Part shown: piece after piece, positions 36,001 through 43,764 of the stretch
Position numbering within the stretch: position 1 is the first letter of the stretch
Layout: each line of letters opens with the position of its first letter
Notes under the pieces: model-generated
What the model was told of the DNA's origin: nothing
Database searches by the model: none
Seen by the model: only the letters and a program-made list of their open reading frames with translations
Position numbers and translations under genes: made by a program
Origin: an uncultured Candidatus Saccharibacteria bacterium
GTDB lineage: Bacteria; Patescibacteriota; Minisyncoccia; Phycocordibacterales; XYD1-FULL-46-19
Reading direction: 5' to 3'
DNA length: 64,000 nt
NCBI GenBank assembly: GCA_964539475.1
Contig: CAZIIR010000001.1
Location: forward strand, 2,869-66,868

Positions 36001-36968
36001 GAACCAAGAGTAAATCCCTTAACTACAGATGGTAAATATTCTTTAATAACGGCTCTTTTTGCAGCTTCTGTTGTAGCTGCATTAAATGCGCCAGCAAATC
36101 CTTTTACTTTTCCGAAAGCACCACCAAGAATAGACTCCGCTCCACCGTCAATAATACCGGCAGGAATTGCATTAACTGCGGCATCTTGTGCAACTAATTC
36201 ATTACCAGTTCTTTTAAGTTCACGATTATATGCTTCCGTCATATGACGGGCAGTTGACATCGTAAGAAGCGTTGGAGCAACAAGCTCTGGTGCTCCTGCG
36301 GCAGTCATACCAGCAGACAATGCCATTTGGCTAAGAAAATTACCAAGTCCACCAACTACTTGTGAACTAAGATTATTATCAAACTCTGGATTCTCAACCA
36401 AGTTTTTAGCAAAGAACCTATTGGCTTCTTTGTAGTCAGCAAAAAGATCAACACCAAGACCTCTAATTGCCTGTTCTGTGAATCGTTTAACTGAATCAGT
36501 CAAGAAGTCAGGCATACCACCTGGCTTGTAAGAATCCTTGGCAAGCTCACTCTTAATTAAATTATTAGCAAGGTCTTCGATGTGAAATTCAAAATCTTTT
36601 GCTATTGATGGTGCTTTTTTTGCAGAAGAAGGAACAGCATTATCTCTCCAGTCTTCAATAGACTTAACTCTCTTTTCAACAGGATCGTTAGCGTTTATAT
36701 TAATCTGACCATACAAATCGGCAGCCTGCTCAGGAGTTGGTGTAAAACGAGGAATATTTACATTGTGACGATATGATGTAAATATTTCAGCGGATTTATC
36801 ATTAACATACTTTAAATCCTCATCTTCTTTAATTTCGTTTTCATTAACAAATGTTTTACGAAAAGACTCGAAGGCAAGTGGCTTCCGCTCATCTGGAACA
36901 GAATTAAACTCTTCGCTGGCAAGATAACCTCTTACAATGTCTGGATAGTCAAATGAAGTGAGTGGCAT
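27018..36968 (-). CDS. giant (3316-aa) virion or ejection protein carrying a zincin-like HExxH motif, a Gly-rich N-terminal region, a PT/PE-rich linker and internal repeats
   Basis: One uninterrupted ORF. HEVVGH at residues 1117-1122 (about 33603-33620). A TPVE repeat linker. Duplicated ~35-aa units LAYHNKILNDD and IALHNKVINDK. No DxDGD or T7-like RNAP motifs found by eye. Confidence 0.7.
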   Translation of the reverse strand: MPLTSFDYPDIVRGYLASEEFNSVPDERKPLAFESFRKTFVNENEIKEDEDLKYVNDKSAEIFTSYRHNVNIPRFTPTPEQAADLYGQININANDPVEKRVKSIEDWRDNAVPSSAKKAPSIAKDFEFHIEDLANNLIKSELAKDSYKPGGMPDFLTDSVKRFTEQAIRGLGVDLFADYKEANRFFAKNLVENPEFDNNLSSQVVGGLGNFLSQMALSAGMTAAGAPELVAPTLLTMSTARHMTEAYNRELKRTGNELVAQDAAVNAIPAGIIDGGAESILGGAFGKVKGFAGAFNAATTEAAKRAVIKEYLPSVVKGFTLGSLNEGLLGGVGTDVAGNLGDYYATGDEQYLKNATNIGELARSFAVEGTVGAMVGTGIAGLTKGSNQANVSATIAQLTDAGKTVSIADTKAKELKIFDAIKAGNYDKAIEIANSNVTAKAPDKIIKGDTKPSLDPSGTPIKDKAEATLKERLGEVLPEQSKIRIANKPYTDELNKIEKDLDPVKDKDKLERLKKARGLFEKINDDGTSAGPIAFQEETEFESNDTNFILKGEDKQLQTKKPFDVTLNDDTKLKNDNVIYVKQEGMALVKNANLIKALGAPVTLQVTPNRRFVKFKGLAKRYEASVNPQVGWVPVVVTGNKIKILAQVREANEVATKEPAEAIDPAEVKPKTSLVDDSEVIDNKDKAEFENLLEKKINNTITPTELTRYNELEKTQAPVVETETIDQTRIDEATEKLNKNTPEGKKVVAPKVKKPSSRKKKKAETPVEETVETPVETPAVEPVEEDTVEPTVEPEPVLPTIETIDQINETENPSAAIESIDKALAYHNKILNDDNATEQQKIRSKDWIGKLEADKARIQPNVQISIEDRIALHNKVINDKSGEYTESQKSASRIKLAELTAKKENPEQQPAQEVDRGTLMQIVSLSKKGDFTGDRLNNLISRGFLSEANFPQLAEIYGVPSYDGDLYKFAQSIQTAIKKGKEKAPKQTVEQAIEETIAPVQDTAPVEESEPDILDILQQEIEQFREESQATLAKQRENTPENIARRKEQTDRINELAKDVGLKDLKIVNTHEELNREDVTSIVEAFVQKGNVTIILDNIIPHKGESHVEAVERIFKHEVVGHLKLSGVLSGISQEGFNNLVTFLKTLKWRDGSNVWERTSAAYAKENLTENEIVDEIFAKLTEGKDKESKSIIEKIVNWIRIKFLKAGTANWTVNDLDIIIQTAFDSDITTNGEIQYSKSHQSVYMDSVIRGYGAWIAPNGKIIDVGYQDHLGKAIDIIGEEAIEGMTVTQVYAEMAKRGYLRVINGSSILVDEQYKLNSSQKAVLEFAGMNSDKNVIMGDKYLYKTPAATRFSRSTNQFDFRLADQLKDPENVMGLVVAKDGTLPSQNLAAKIKKSGATEFEVDTLTQLVNDLSKNGRVNMSELAEVIDTVPTVVINKLDFSGGALSRTVGVVQHELETIGFAPDAPMFTGETAVFKTFGGVKLEELPENAKKLANEYIELYSTGSFLAAKNSSATGKYGVDPYSNEQLKGEEIEPGHKLIWSGDLSLNVPLPSEESSSLNKIDNSLYDNKYIVKESFPIEEKEGKLEEFQNKYPEPRYFVTTSESSIYDENRTITVFVRDTGATVTPKPKFESQHYEGSVKANQLAFVRGGIHEYQTGNKLPDGTTATKPTRILEIWEVQSDWAGKLSRDKNRLDGYKKSDLVIELLDDSITISKKGSSNSLHLTKREAEDTGVDIYKYKENEVISKEDNILLIDKWESLGEDISSPLLNYWESLALKAAVNFAQEQGADKIITSDAETAMMTEGHDQVGDIYELANPEKDGDIIENASYNNGNIKMPDDWIPRTDIDTTYTMADGSEGAIPGIKSEGPDGNIYRLTTYDGETVRADLLKKSVPKIEQESGMKAAYDERVPNGLKKLTNSQPKKVTVGRHGKGKSAVFNKDTNTGYMFSVPQNRGLLRFSKSQPNNNVKDQKYLAAVKSGDLDTAQKMVDEAAKEAGYKPSMVIHSTNSDFNIFGRIRNILTSTGRSFLVSPIKTDGVGLIYVTENKKYSQLFGDKSLSLYHNISNPADFRQLGSGSVSNQEFDTFVQSLGVKAKPSNGMQSPVFERLNKGQLKKELLEAGFDGFLLREKSAEQEADAIAGFDSSQFKSSDPVTKDDQGNVIPLSQRFSNSPDIRFSKSQPKQKAPVEPTEDNDLDWIVTDNEIITQSKSKASKEIAKLIKRTYEQKLMGKEIQINNAFKGVPYAFLNDNDVEAFLADYQDFVNTRNKQENPATERIPVDTLEQRLIDYKKKANKNEYEFYASRVEGFPEFAFFNEDAGAARKHFQDLIQEKNDDLASVVINDSDIATMDAVVDLQFQAIEAIDDISDIINRGVVDLDSSLVETGNPILDNGIPILREQVAIMRKLFNEYALSLITTDATSLSGGDLRRVYYSLLSLVTDGYPNRLEGFISSETTDIIRNMEATFSDPYGTRKKNSDISKLESNSSQIERLATDGYSYDLLTRLQAPFREGLVLAKRYHEEVITPYIESLQSDVYNGVLDADMANKIGMFGILRQRKLVESPEEGFKASVQWVLDSNKNTIGVYDRDFDAQGKRHQEYLEDNFLSGINYTIENGQLTSDFTPEDVAKFYQNANIFIGDKGIQYADGIVKMYDALKPLSKFTTEFIYGRPFEEIENYIPTMSVIIKGEGDTDFDIAKAQMLTDAQSFSSGQIFYGTNTTGLGSTKSRTRKIGTNRSLVFNINYAGESLGRIAVYDYFTAHARQEMSQLLNHKNKNGKLFAKFLGDPEQKRGRTDAFRSAMNGTWQNVMSQASYMHSYHVATNWVGRKWAQGVLSGLHQLPAQLVSNTTPYFVQHINEPHKIGNYFKAATYLLKHRMGMLEPHQARLVDKVIFEVTHRQQFQEIDKSVNLDINPSSLVEMMKKEMPYLYRAVVGVDKGIENILFKAFRLSDTLSGAPMALAEYLNAEQDSKGTHVRLEDLTYDPVSYIKAIDATERYIGIGDASRRGEYLTNKDAKISIARNLLIAFRSFSINNAVNFGKEMRRLFDSDVSREQKAKSFKYMMGIAAQSVTYTMMAYAVQYGMAAAIVHALKNPEEEEELKKLYSKSQNRMTKNERRTLNAEISMREKNRKVIQNIQNRTNNTRILSIKTVKDAASNMFIPFNLEAVPNIIIHVGSDGPEAETFKAWKKGEIDRIQKLIKRHKALENRKTVTLLSEELANIQMQEFLPAVYEQRTIANIGGSFGGTVEGIVDAIESGSKFFQKPEAISPLDFVNLAAVIGVSQPDIKRYFRASSLIEKSGKEREEQLAAYEEETSP

Positions 36969-36971
36969 ATT

Positions 36972-38840
36972 TTAATCGTTTACAAATTTTGATTCGCTTA
37001 AGTAGTCCATATATCCTGGGACATCTCTAGCTTGGTCTGGCTTATTTTGTTCTAACCAAAAGAAAAACGCTCTATCTGGATCAGCGGCAATTTCTCTTTT
37101 TCTTCTTTCTATTCTTGCTTTTACAATACTCTCATCAAGTGACTCTGTGCTTGCAAACTCACCATAACTAAATGTATTAAAATCAACAATATCAAATGCT
37201 GCTGGTTTTTTATCAAATTCGCTAAGCCATTTAATATACTTTTGATTTACTGCATATGGGTTCTTTTTGTCTGGATTTTTATTTCCAAACATTTCTTCAA
37301 AGTTTCTGCGAAGACCTTTTATTTGTTGGTCTTTTTGAGTTGTAATATTTTTACTACGATCTACAATTTCAATTGAAAGCTTTCCATTTTCATCATACAC
37401 ACTCCCATTAGCTTCAAACACCTTTGCCTTTGGGTTTGATGTCTTTTCAGCGTCAACACTTGCATCCCAAGCTCCAACAGGAGGTGGTGATTCTATTGCA
37501 GGTGCTCCGTATTCCCTTTCAGCCATTGCTTCAAGATGACCAACAATTGCTCTTGTTCTTACCAATGGATCATCTGACTCTGGAATATTTTTAAAATCAT
37601 CACTTTGACGAAACTTAATAATAGCCAAGTCTGCTTTTCTTACAGCAAGATCAATCTTAGCAGGGTCTTCACCAAGACTAAGCATCTGACCCTTATACAT
37701 CTCTATCTTACGCTCAATTACTTTTTCTTGATCGGTATATGTTCCGTTTCCGTATCGTGAAGCAAGAACCTCGCCAATAGAAACAAACGCATCTTTTTGT
37801 GTAACTTTACGATCTTGATTAAGCTGCTCTCTGTCTTTTGGTGCAAGACGAGACTCATACTCTCTTGCAATATTTATATTAAATGGATTCTTTTCGTCAG
37901 ATTGAGCAATAAGCTCACCAACAATCATTTGGTATTGATCAAGAGAATCATACTCTTCAACAACCGGAGGCATTAGCTCCTTAGAGCGAAGCGGTCCAGG
38001 TTTTGTTCCAAACTTTTCAAATGCGTCAACCTCTTCTTCTTTTGGAGATGAATGGTTTTCTTGTGGAACCTTACCAGAGAGTATATCACCATTTTCATCA
38101 AGATTGTAAAGTTCTTCAAGTGGTTGAATTCCATTTTCCCATCCTGCTTTTGGAAGCAATGGATTTGGACCACCCTCTGTTCCATCTGGATTAACCTGTG
38201 CGCTTGGCCATGTTTCTCTTTTAATAGTTAATGGATCAACGCCAGCGGTAAGTTGGCTTGCGGCACTTGAAATTCTTAAACTTCTATCTCTTAGTTCTTT
38301 TCCTTTTTCGCTTATTCTCTTAAGGTCGTTTGTAATACTAATATATTCCTCACTTCCTTTTCTTGGCGCTGCTGCAACTATAACATATCTACCCTTATCT
38401 TTGTCAAAAAACTTTCCAGTTAGCCTCATGTTTAAGGCTTCTGACTCTTTCTGAATATCTTTTTGCTGTTGAGTTAATAGTTCAGCCTCATTGTTTATAG
38501 CAGAAACCAATGGACCAAGTGAAGCAGCTTTTTTTTCTTGATTGGCTCTTAAATCAAGATAATCTTTTTTGTAAGCCATCTCTGCCTTTTGGGCAGCTTC
38601 TCTTATTTGAAGTTCTTTTTGTTGAAGCTTAAGGTTTTCAGTTTTATACCACTCATCAACCTCAATCTGTTTTAAATTGATTGTAGATTTAACCATGTCT
38701 TGAAACATGGCTGATCTATCTCTGTATGACTGACCAATAGCATTAAAACCTTGCGTAATTGCATTAGCAAAGTTCCTGTCGGCTTGGGCTGTTAGTTGAG
38801 CACCATTTAAAATTGTGCTGGCTGTATTTTCAGTTCCCAT
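36972..38840 (-). CDS. internal virion or ejection protein (622 aa), coiled-coil rich
   Basis: Position immediately upstream of the giant gene in the tail/internal-protein cluster. Confidence 0.5.
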   Translation of the reverse strand: MGTENTASTILNGAQLTAQADRNFANAITQGFNAIGQSYRDRSAMFQDMVKSTINLKQIEVDEWYKTENLKLQQKELQIREAAQKAEMAYKKDYLDLRANQEKKAASLGPLVSAINNEAELLTQQQKDIQKESEALNMRLTGKFFDKDKGRYVIVAAAPRKGSEEYISITNDLKRISEKGKELRDRSLRISSAASQLTAGVDPLTIKRETWPSAQVNPDGTEGGPNPLLPKAGWENGIQPLEELYNLDENGDILSGKVPQENHSSPKEEEVDAFEKFGTKPGPLRSKELMPPVVEEYDSLDQYQMIVGELIAQSDEKNPFNINIAREYESRLAPKDREQLNQDRKVTQKDAFVSIGEVLASRYGNGTYTDQEKVIERKIEMYKGQMLSLGEDPAKIDLAVRKADLAIIKFRQSDDFKNIPESDDPLVRTRAIVGHLEAMAEREYGAPAIESPPPVGAWDASVDAEKTSNPKAKVFEANGSVYDENGKLSIEIVDRSKNITTQKDQQIKGLRRNFEEMFGNKNPDKKNPYAVNQKYIKWLSEFDKKPAAFDIVDFNTFSYGEFASTESLDESIVKARIERRKREIAADPDRAFFFWLEQNKPDQARDVPGYMDYLSESKFVND

Positions 38841-38850
38841 AATATTATTA

Positions 38851-40062
38851 TTACGACATTCCTCCGCCTTGGCTGTATCCAGCTATTTGAACTTGCTGTA
38901 ATGATTTATAGTAATCCTGCTGTGTTCGAGAGTTACTATAATTTTGCAACGCTGACGCGCCGCCAGAAATAGCAGAAACCATTGCAGCATTATTATTAGC
39001 CTGACTTGCTTGATCCGCTGATCCCTGAGCTATTTCAGCATTTGAAATATTAAACATGTTTTCACTAAGCATTGCCTGTGAAGACATAAGCTGTGAACCA
39101 AGATTATTAATTGCTTGAGTTCCATAGCTAAGACCAGAGCTTGCAATGTTTTGAGCAAGTCCTGTTTTAACCTTTTCAATATCAAGCAACTGATCTTGAA
39201 CTCTTGTTAAAGAATTACCAAGGTTTTCTTCATTCCTAATACTAAGTTGAGCATTATTGTAAACCTTAGCTGTGTTTGCAGCCTCAAGGTCCATTGCTGT
39301 TTGAAGAGGGCTAATTGGATCAACAGTTCCTTCGCGAGAAAAGAAGTCAGAAATAGCAAGTGAATTAGAAAGACCTTGCTGTGAAAAGCTATAAAGGTTT
39401 TGAGCAGAAAGGTTTGCAAATGTTCCACTTGCTTCTCCTACTGTTAATGCCTTAAGTCCATACATACTGGACCGCATTATTTCTCCCATCTTTCCGGTAA
39501 ACGCATTACCATCAAGAGCAGCAAGAGATGAGTTCATTTGTTGCGCGCTTCGCAACTCATCTTGTGTTCCTCCAGTAATGAAATCAAGATTTCCTTTCTG
39601 AATAGCATCCCTGTATTGAAAATCATTCATTGATAGGCTTTTGGCCTCATCCATAAATGCTGACGCGCTTGGTGCGTCAATTCCTTCAATTACATTAGCA
39701 ATATTATTATAAGTGTTCTCAGCAATACCTCTTGATTCAAGTGCAATTCCTGGAGCTACATTTCCAAACTCAATCAATGAATCTTTTAGGAATCCAATAT
39801 ACTCTTCCTGCAACGCCATGCTTTGCTCGAACTGGCCTTCGGCAATTCCATTCATTGCTGCAAACTGATCGTTCGCAAATCCAGATTGATTTGAAAGTTG
39901 AGCCCTTGAATTTGCTGCATTTTGTTTAGCAGCTTTTTTTGATTGGCTTGCAGAGTAAACACTGTATCCAGTTGCAGCAACACTCGCTACGGCAGCTACT
40001 GTTCCTGCTACGGCAGCTACGGTTCCAAAGACAGGAACAAAAATTAAAAAGTCTAAGATCAT
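38851..40062 (-). CDS. internal virion protein with an N-terminal transmembrane segment and a Q/S/N/A-rich body
   Basis: The N-terminus FLIFVPVFGTVAAVAGTVAAVASVAATG is hydrophobic. Position in the cluster. Confidence 0.45.
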   Translation of the reverse strand: MILDFLIFVPVFGTVAAVAGTVAAVASVAATGYSVYSASQSKKAAKQNAANSRAQLSNQSGFANDQFAAMNGIAEGQFEQSMALQEEYIGFLKDSLIEFGNVAPGIALESRGIAENTYNNIANVIEGIDAPSASAFMDEAKSLSMNDFQYRDAIQKGNLDFITGGTQDELRSAQQMNSSLAALDGNAFTGKMGEIMRSSMYGLKALTVGEASGTFANLSAQNLYSFSQQGLSNSLAISDFFSREGTVDPISPLQTAMDLEAANTAKVYNNAQLSIRNEENLGNSLTRVQDQLLDIEKVKTGLAQNIASSGLSYGTQAINNLGSQLMSSQAMLSENMFNISNAEIAQGSADQASQANNNAAMVSAISGGASALQNYSNSRTQQDYYKSLQQVQIAGYSQGGGMS

Positions 40063-40472
40063 TTTAATGTTTTTATTAAAGGATTGTTTGGTGCATCCGT
40101 AAACTCTTCAATTATTTTCTCATGATCTGTCATGTCAGTAACATGAAATGTCGCCCAAATCGTATCAGTTACAGCATAAAGAGCACGCCTTGTTCCGGGT
40201 TTTGTTATTCCGTGATATGGAGCCTCAAATATTTCACGCTCATTTGTAAGTTCATTAATAACAATAATCTTACCTTTTGATATTACAAATGGATGCTCGT
40301 ATTTGTGGACCTTGCTTGTTAAAGCTGTCCCTGCTGGAATGTATATTATTCTTTGATACAGCCCAGGAGTAAAGATGTGCTTTAACGGAAGTTCAATTAA
40401 TTTTAAACCAGCAACAATTGCAGCTTCTATGCCGTCAACTATTGTTGGTTCTTTTAAAAGTTCTTCACTCAC
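40059..40472 (-). CDS. structural or tail-associated hypothetical protein
   Basis: ORF track, operon context. Confidence 0.45.
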   Translation of the reverse strand: MSEELLKEPTIVDGIEAAIVAGLKLIELPLKHIFTPGLYQRIIYIPAGTALTSKVHKYEHPFVISKGKIIVINELTNEREIFEAPYHGITKPGTRRALYAVTDTIWATFHVTDMTDHEKIIEEFTDAPNNPLIKTLK

Positions 40473-40510
40473 ATTTTACTATACTACATAATAAAATTAT
40501 TGCAAGTTGT

Positions 40511-41581
40511 TTATCGAATTTTCTTAATCTTTGAAAAGTCTCTAATTGAGCTAACTTGCATTTTAGCTGTGCTATTTGGCCTTTGCTCTCTTACTTCTTT
40601 AGCGAGAAGATTTATTCCTCCAAGTATAAAAGCTTCACCAAGCTGAATATTGTCTTCTGAGTATTTCTTTTGAACACCCTTTGCTATCGAGAGTATAGCA
40701 TTTTTATTATCAGATATTAGTATCTGAGTAGGATCAACAATGCTTGATGGTTTTGATCTTTTAAATAGACCTAATACACAATTGTTTTTAACGCAAGACT
40801 TTGATATTTGATATATCTTGTAGTTAGACGTTACTTCGTATGGCTCAAGCCTTGCTATTAATGTTCCAACATTTGTATCCTTGTTTACTAGGTAGTAATT
40901 AACAGGATTAAGAGTTGGGTCTTTAATGACGTTATAGATGTCTCCAATAATAATATCATTATAGTAAACTTGCTGACCTACAATTGGATACATTACTCCC
41001 TCATTGTATTTAACCTCTTCGTCAGCTAAGTCGCGATCTTCACAAACTATAGGCTTATTTTCTGTTTCTTCTTTATAGTAAGTGTATATTGGTCTTCCAT
41101 TGCATCCAAGAGATGAGACAAGTGTTTTCTTATTCTTCTCACAATCACCACCACATACAGCTATGTAATACTCGCTTTTGCAACCACTAGGTCCACATGG
41201 TTTGCACCATTGGCTATTAGGTTGAAACATTACAGGAGAATCACCGAGATGATAAACATCGTTACTAAAGCCATCTAAAGCTAATGGACTTTCCGCCGGT
41301 CCATTCTTATGGAATATAGCAGCGGTTCCATTTATATTTACAGGCTTAAAGTTTATATTACAACCAAGCAATACATTGTAACCATGGGGCGTAACAATTG
41401 TATTATCTTCTCTTACTGGAGTGTAAAAGAATTTCGTTGAACCATAAAACTTTCCAGATGACCAAATCTCATCTTGAACAAGGCTTAGTGTTTCAAAAAT
41501 ACGCTGCTCATCATTAGGATATGACATCCCAATGTATGGAGCTATAAACTCAGCTATTGATCCTGCTGTTTGATTAGACAT
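40511..41581 (-). CDS. putative tail protein
   Basis: ORF track, operon context. Confidence 0.45.
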   Translation of the reverse strand: MSNQTAGSIAEFIAPYIGMSYPNDEQRIFETLSLVQDEIWSSGKFYGSTKFFYTPVREDNTIVTPHGYNVLLGCNINFKPVNINGTAAIFHKNGPAESPLALDGFSNDVYHLGDSPVMFQPNSQWCKPCGPSGCKSEYYIAVCGGDCEKNKKTLVSSLGCNGRPIYTYYKEETENKPIVCEDRDLADEEVKYNEGVMYPIVGQQVYYNDIIIGDIYNVIKDPTLNPVNYYLVNKDTNVGTLIARLEPYEVTSNYKIYQISKSCVKNNCVLGLFKRSKPSSIVDPTQILISDNKNAILSIAKGVQKKYSEDNIQLGEAFILGGINLLAKEVREQRPNSTAKMQVSSIRDFSKIKKIR

Positions 41582-42012
41582 TATGTTAGTGCTGGTGGTC
41601 TAAGTATATACCAATACATTCTTTGAGTAGCGGTGGCAACTGGTGAATTTATTCCGTATGCATCAAGCTCTGCTACAGTAAGAGCGGCAAGGCCAGGTTT
41701 TAGATTTGCAATTGGAAGACTAAGAAATGGAATGTTAGCAGGGTATCCAGACAACGAGTAATCAACTTGCCACTCTCCATCTATATGTTTACCTATTCCA
41801 TAAGGAAAGCTGGTTTTTATCCAAACAAGCTTTTTATCGTCTCCTTTTGGAGTTTCATCGCTTTCAATAAAATTATTAACAAGGTTTGTTGAAAGCGAAA
41901 GATACTTAATAATAAAATTAAGAAGCTGTTCAGGTCCATCACAAAGACCTTTAAAACTTTCTGGAATAGGTTCAATATCTTTATTTATCGCTGCTGTAAT
42001 TGGTATATTCAT
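41581..42012 (-). CDS. putative tail protein
   Basis: ORF track, overlapping start and stop. Confidence 0.45.
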   Translation of the reverse strand: MNIPITAAINKDIEPIPESFKGLCDGPEQLLNFIIKYLSLSTNLVNNFIESDETPKGDDKKLVWIKTSFPYGIGKHIDGEWQVDYSLSGYPANIPFLSLPIANLKPGLAALTVAELDAYGINSPVATATQRMYWYILRPPALT

Positions 42013-43751
42013 TTTGATATTTTGTAGCTAAATATTTTAGTAGAAGCGCATAGTTTCTTTTCTTTTGGCTTGTCTTCTGTTTTGTATGTTGTCTTGTCGT
42101 AATCTACTATTTTAGCCAATGAAATTAATCTCTTAAACGAGCACCATCCTTTTATTCTTATCAGGTTTTGAATAGTAAAAAACCTTGCTGTCTTATCCTC
42201 TCCAGTTGAAACATTGTCTCTTGATTCTGGACAATTGTCACACGAAATAATATTATTAGACTCGCACTTGCTTGAAGATTTAAACTCAAGTTTAGATGTT
42301 TGCTTAAACTCTTCTGTGTCTGTTGTTCTTGATAAAATCTCTACTGTGACATTGGTCCTTATATCTGACAATGAATAAAACTTATTCTCTGGCGACTTTG
42401 GAAAAAGAGGTTGCGAGTAATCAAAAGACCTTGTTAAGAATTGCGATTCAATATCAACATATTCTCCCTTGTTATTAAAGTCTCTTATCAATGACTCGTC
42501 GTAAACATACAGTCTGTTTTTGCAATCGTGGTCATAAGACAGTATAAGCATTTCCTGCTCAACGTCACCGATAATATTTATATTCCATGGTCTTAATCCA
42601 GTGAATATAGACTCGACAATATCTTGATATTGATCCTTTTGTTTTCCGTAGTATGGATCAGGGGTCTTTACTAGCAATCCATTCCAATACACAAAACCAT
42701 CGCAGTTGGCTTGTGGTGCTATTGTTGTGTATATACTTTTTTCGTATGCTCTTGTATAACAGCTATCAAGATAATGTCTTGAATCATTGTTAAAAAACAA
42801 TGAAGCTTCTACGCTATGATTTGTGTATCTGTCTTTGTTTTGGAAATCAGCCCTTCCTTGGTTTAGAGAAACAAGACCGTAGATTGGGTTTCTAAAATAA
42901 ATATTACCGTTTGATGTTTCAAACGAATTACCAGAAACGGCACCAATTCCAGGAAGTATATTGTCAACAAATCCAGTTCCTTGTTGTGCTGCAAGTCCCC
43001 ATGTTGTTCTTGGTCCTCTTACGTCTGCTGAGTAAAAGTCTTTCTCAGTTGCAAATGCAAGGTTTCCACCTGCTGCATCTCTTGCTATTGTTCCAAGCTT
43101 TCCTATTGCCTGAATAATACTTTCATCTTCTGGAGCAACAACTCCATAGATATTATCAATTATAGCTTCATCAAGAGAAATTGGTTGCTTAATCGTAGAA
43201 GACTCTATTTCTCTTCTGTTTGGTTTAACATACCAAAAGCGATTCTGAACATAGATACCCATTAATCCTGGGCCTATTTCTCTTTTGCTTTTCTTTGCTC
43301 TTTTTACCTCGCCTTTTGTTATGTATAATGGAGCATCAAATCCATTGTTTACAATAGCTCCGTTTGGAACTCTTGTTATCCAACAATGCTTTATACTTGG
43401 AACATTTTGATCTTGAGTATTAAGTATCTTTGCTTTTCTAGTATATTTATTACCAGTTATCTCAAATATCCATCCATCAATAGAATACAAAGAAACAAAA
43501 CTTCCGTCTGTGTCTTTGTATGATCCACAGCCTTGTGGGTTTCCGTTCTCCCAAATTTCTTGATGTGCTGTTACTTGAAATTCAATTGGTATTCTCCTAA
43601 ATCCAAATCTGGTTTGTATACCTTCTCCAGATTTAGGAATAACCTGATTGACACTGTAAACGTATTGGTTTTTACCAAGCAATGAAGGACTAATAGAGGA
43701 ATCCATTCCTCCAGCAAAGCTTACATATCCTTCTGGCTTTAAATCGCTCAC
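42009..43751 (-). CDS. putative tail protein (580 aa)
   Basis: ORF track, operon context. Confidence 0.5.
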   Translation of the reverse strand: MSDLKPEGYVSFAGGMDSSISPSLLGKNQYVYSVNQVIPKSGEGIQTRFGFRRIPIEFQVTAHQEIWENGNPQGCGSYKDTDGSFVSLYSIDGWIFEITGNKYTRKAKILNTQDQNVPSIKHCWITRVPNGAIVNNGFDAPLYITKGEVKRAKKSKREIGPGLMGIYVQNRFWYVKPNRREIESSTIKQPISLDEAIIDNIYGVVAPEDESIIQAIGKLGTIARDAAGGNLAFATEKDFYSADVRGPRTTWGLAAQQGTGFVDNILPGIGAVSGNSFETSNGNIYFRNPIYGLVSLNQGRADFQNKDRYTNHSVEASLFFNNDSRHYLDSCYTRAYEKSIYTTIAPQANCDGFVYWNGLLVKTPDPYYGKQKDQYQDIVESIFTGLRPWNINIIGDVEQEMLILSYDHDCKNRLYVYDESLIRDFNNKGEYVDIESQFLTRSFDYSQPLFPKSPENKFYSLSDIRTNVTVEILSRTTDTEEFKQTSKLEFKSSSKCESNNIISCDNCPESRDNVSTGEDKTARFFTIQNLIRIKGWCSFKRLISLAKIVDYDKTTYKTEDKPKEKKLCASTKIFSYKISK

Positions 43752-43764
43752 AGTAATTATTTTA

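Noticed and set aside
27018-36968. Giant protein as a virion RNA polymerase of the N4 or crAss type
   Set aside because: No DxDGD was found by eye, only ExDGD and SxDGD. No T7-like motif A (DxSxxG), motif B (RxxxKx7YG) or motif C (HDS) was found. The idea is left open pending structure prediction
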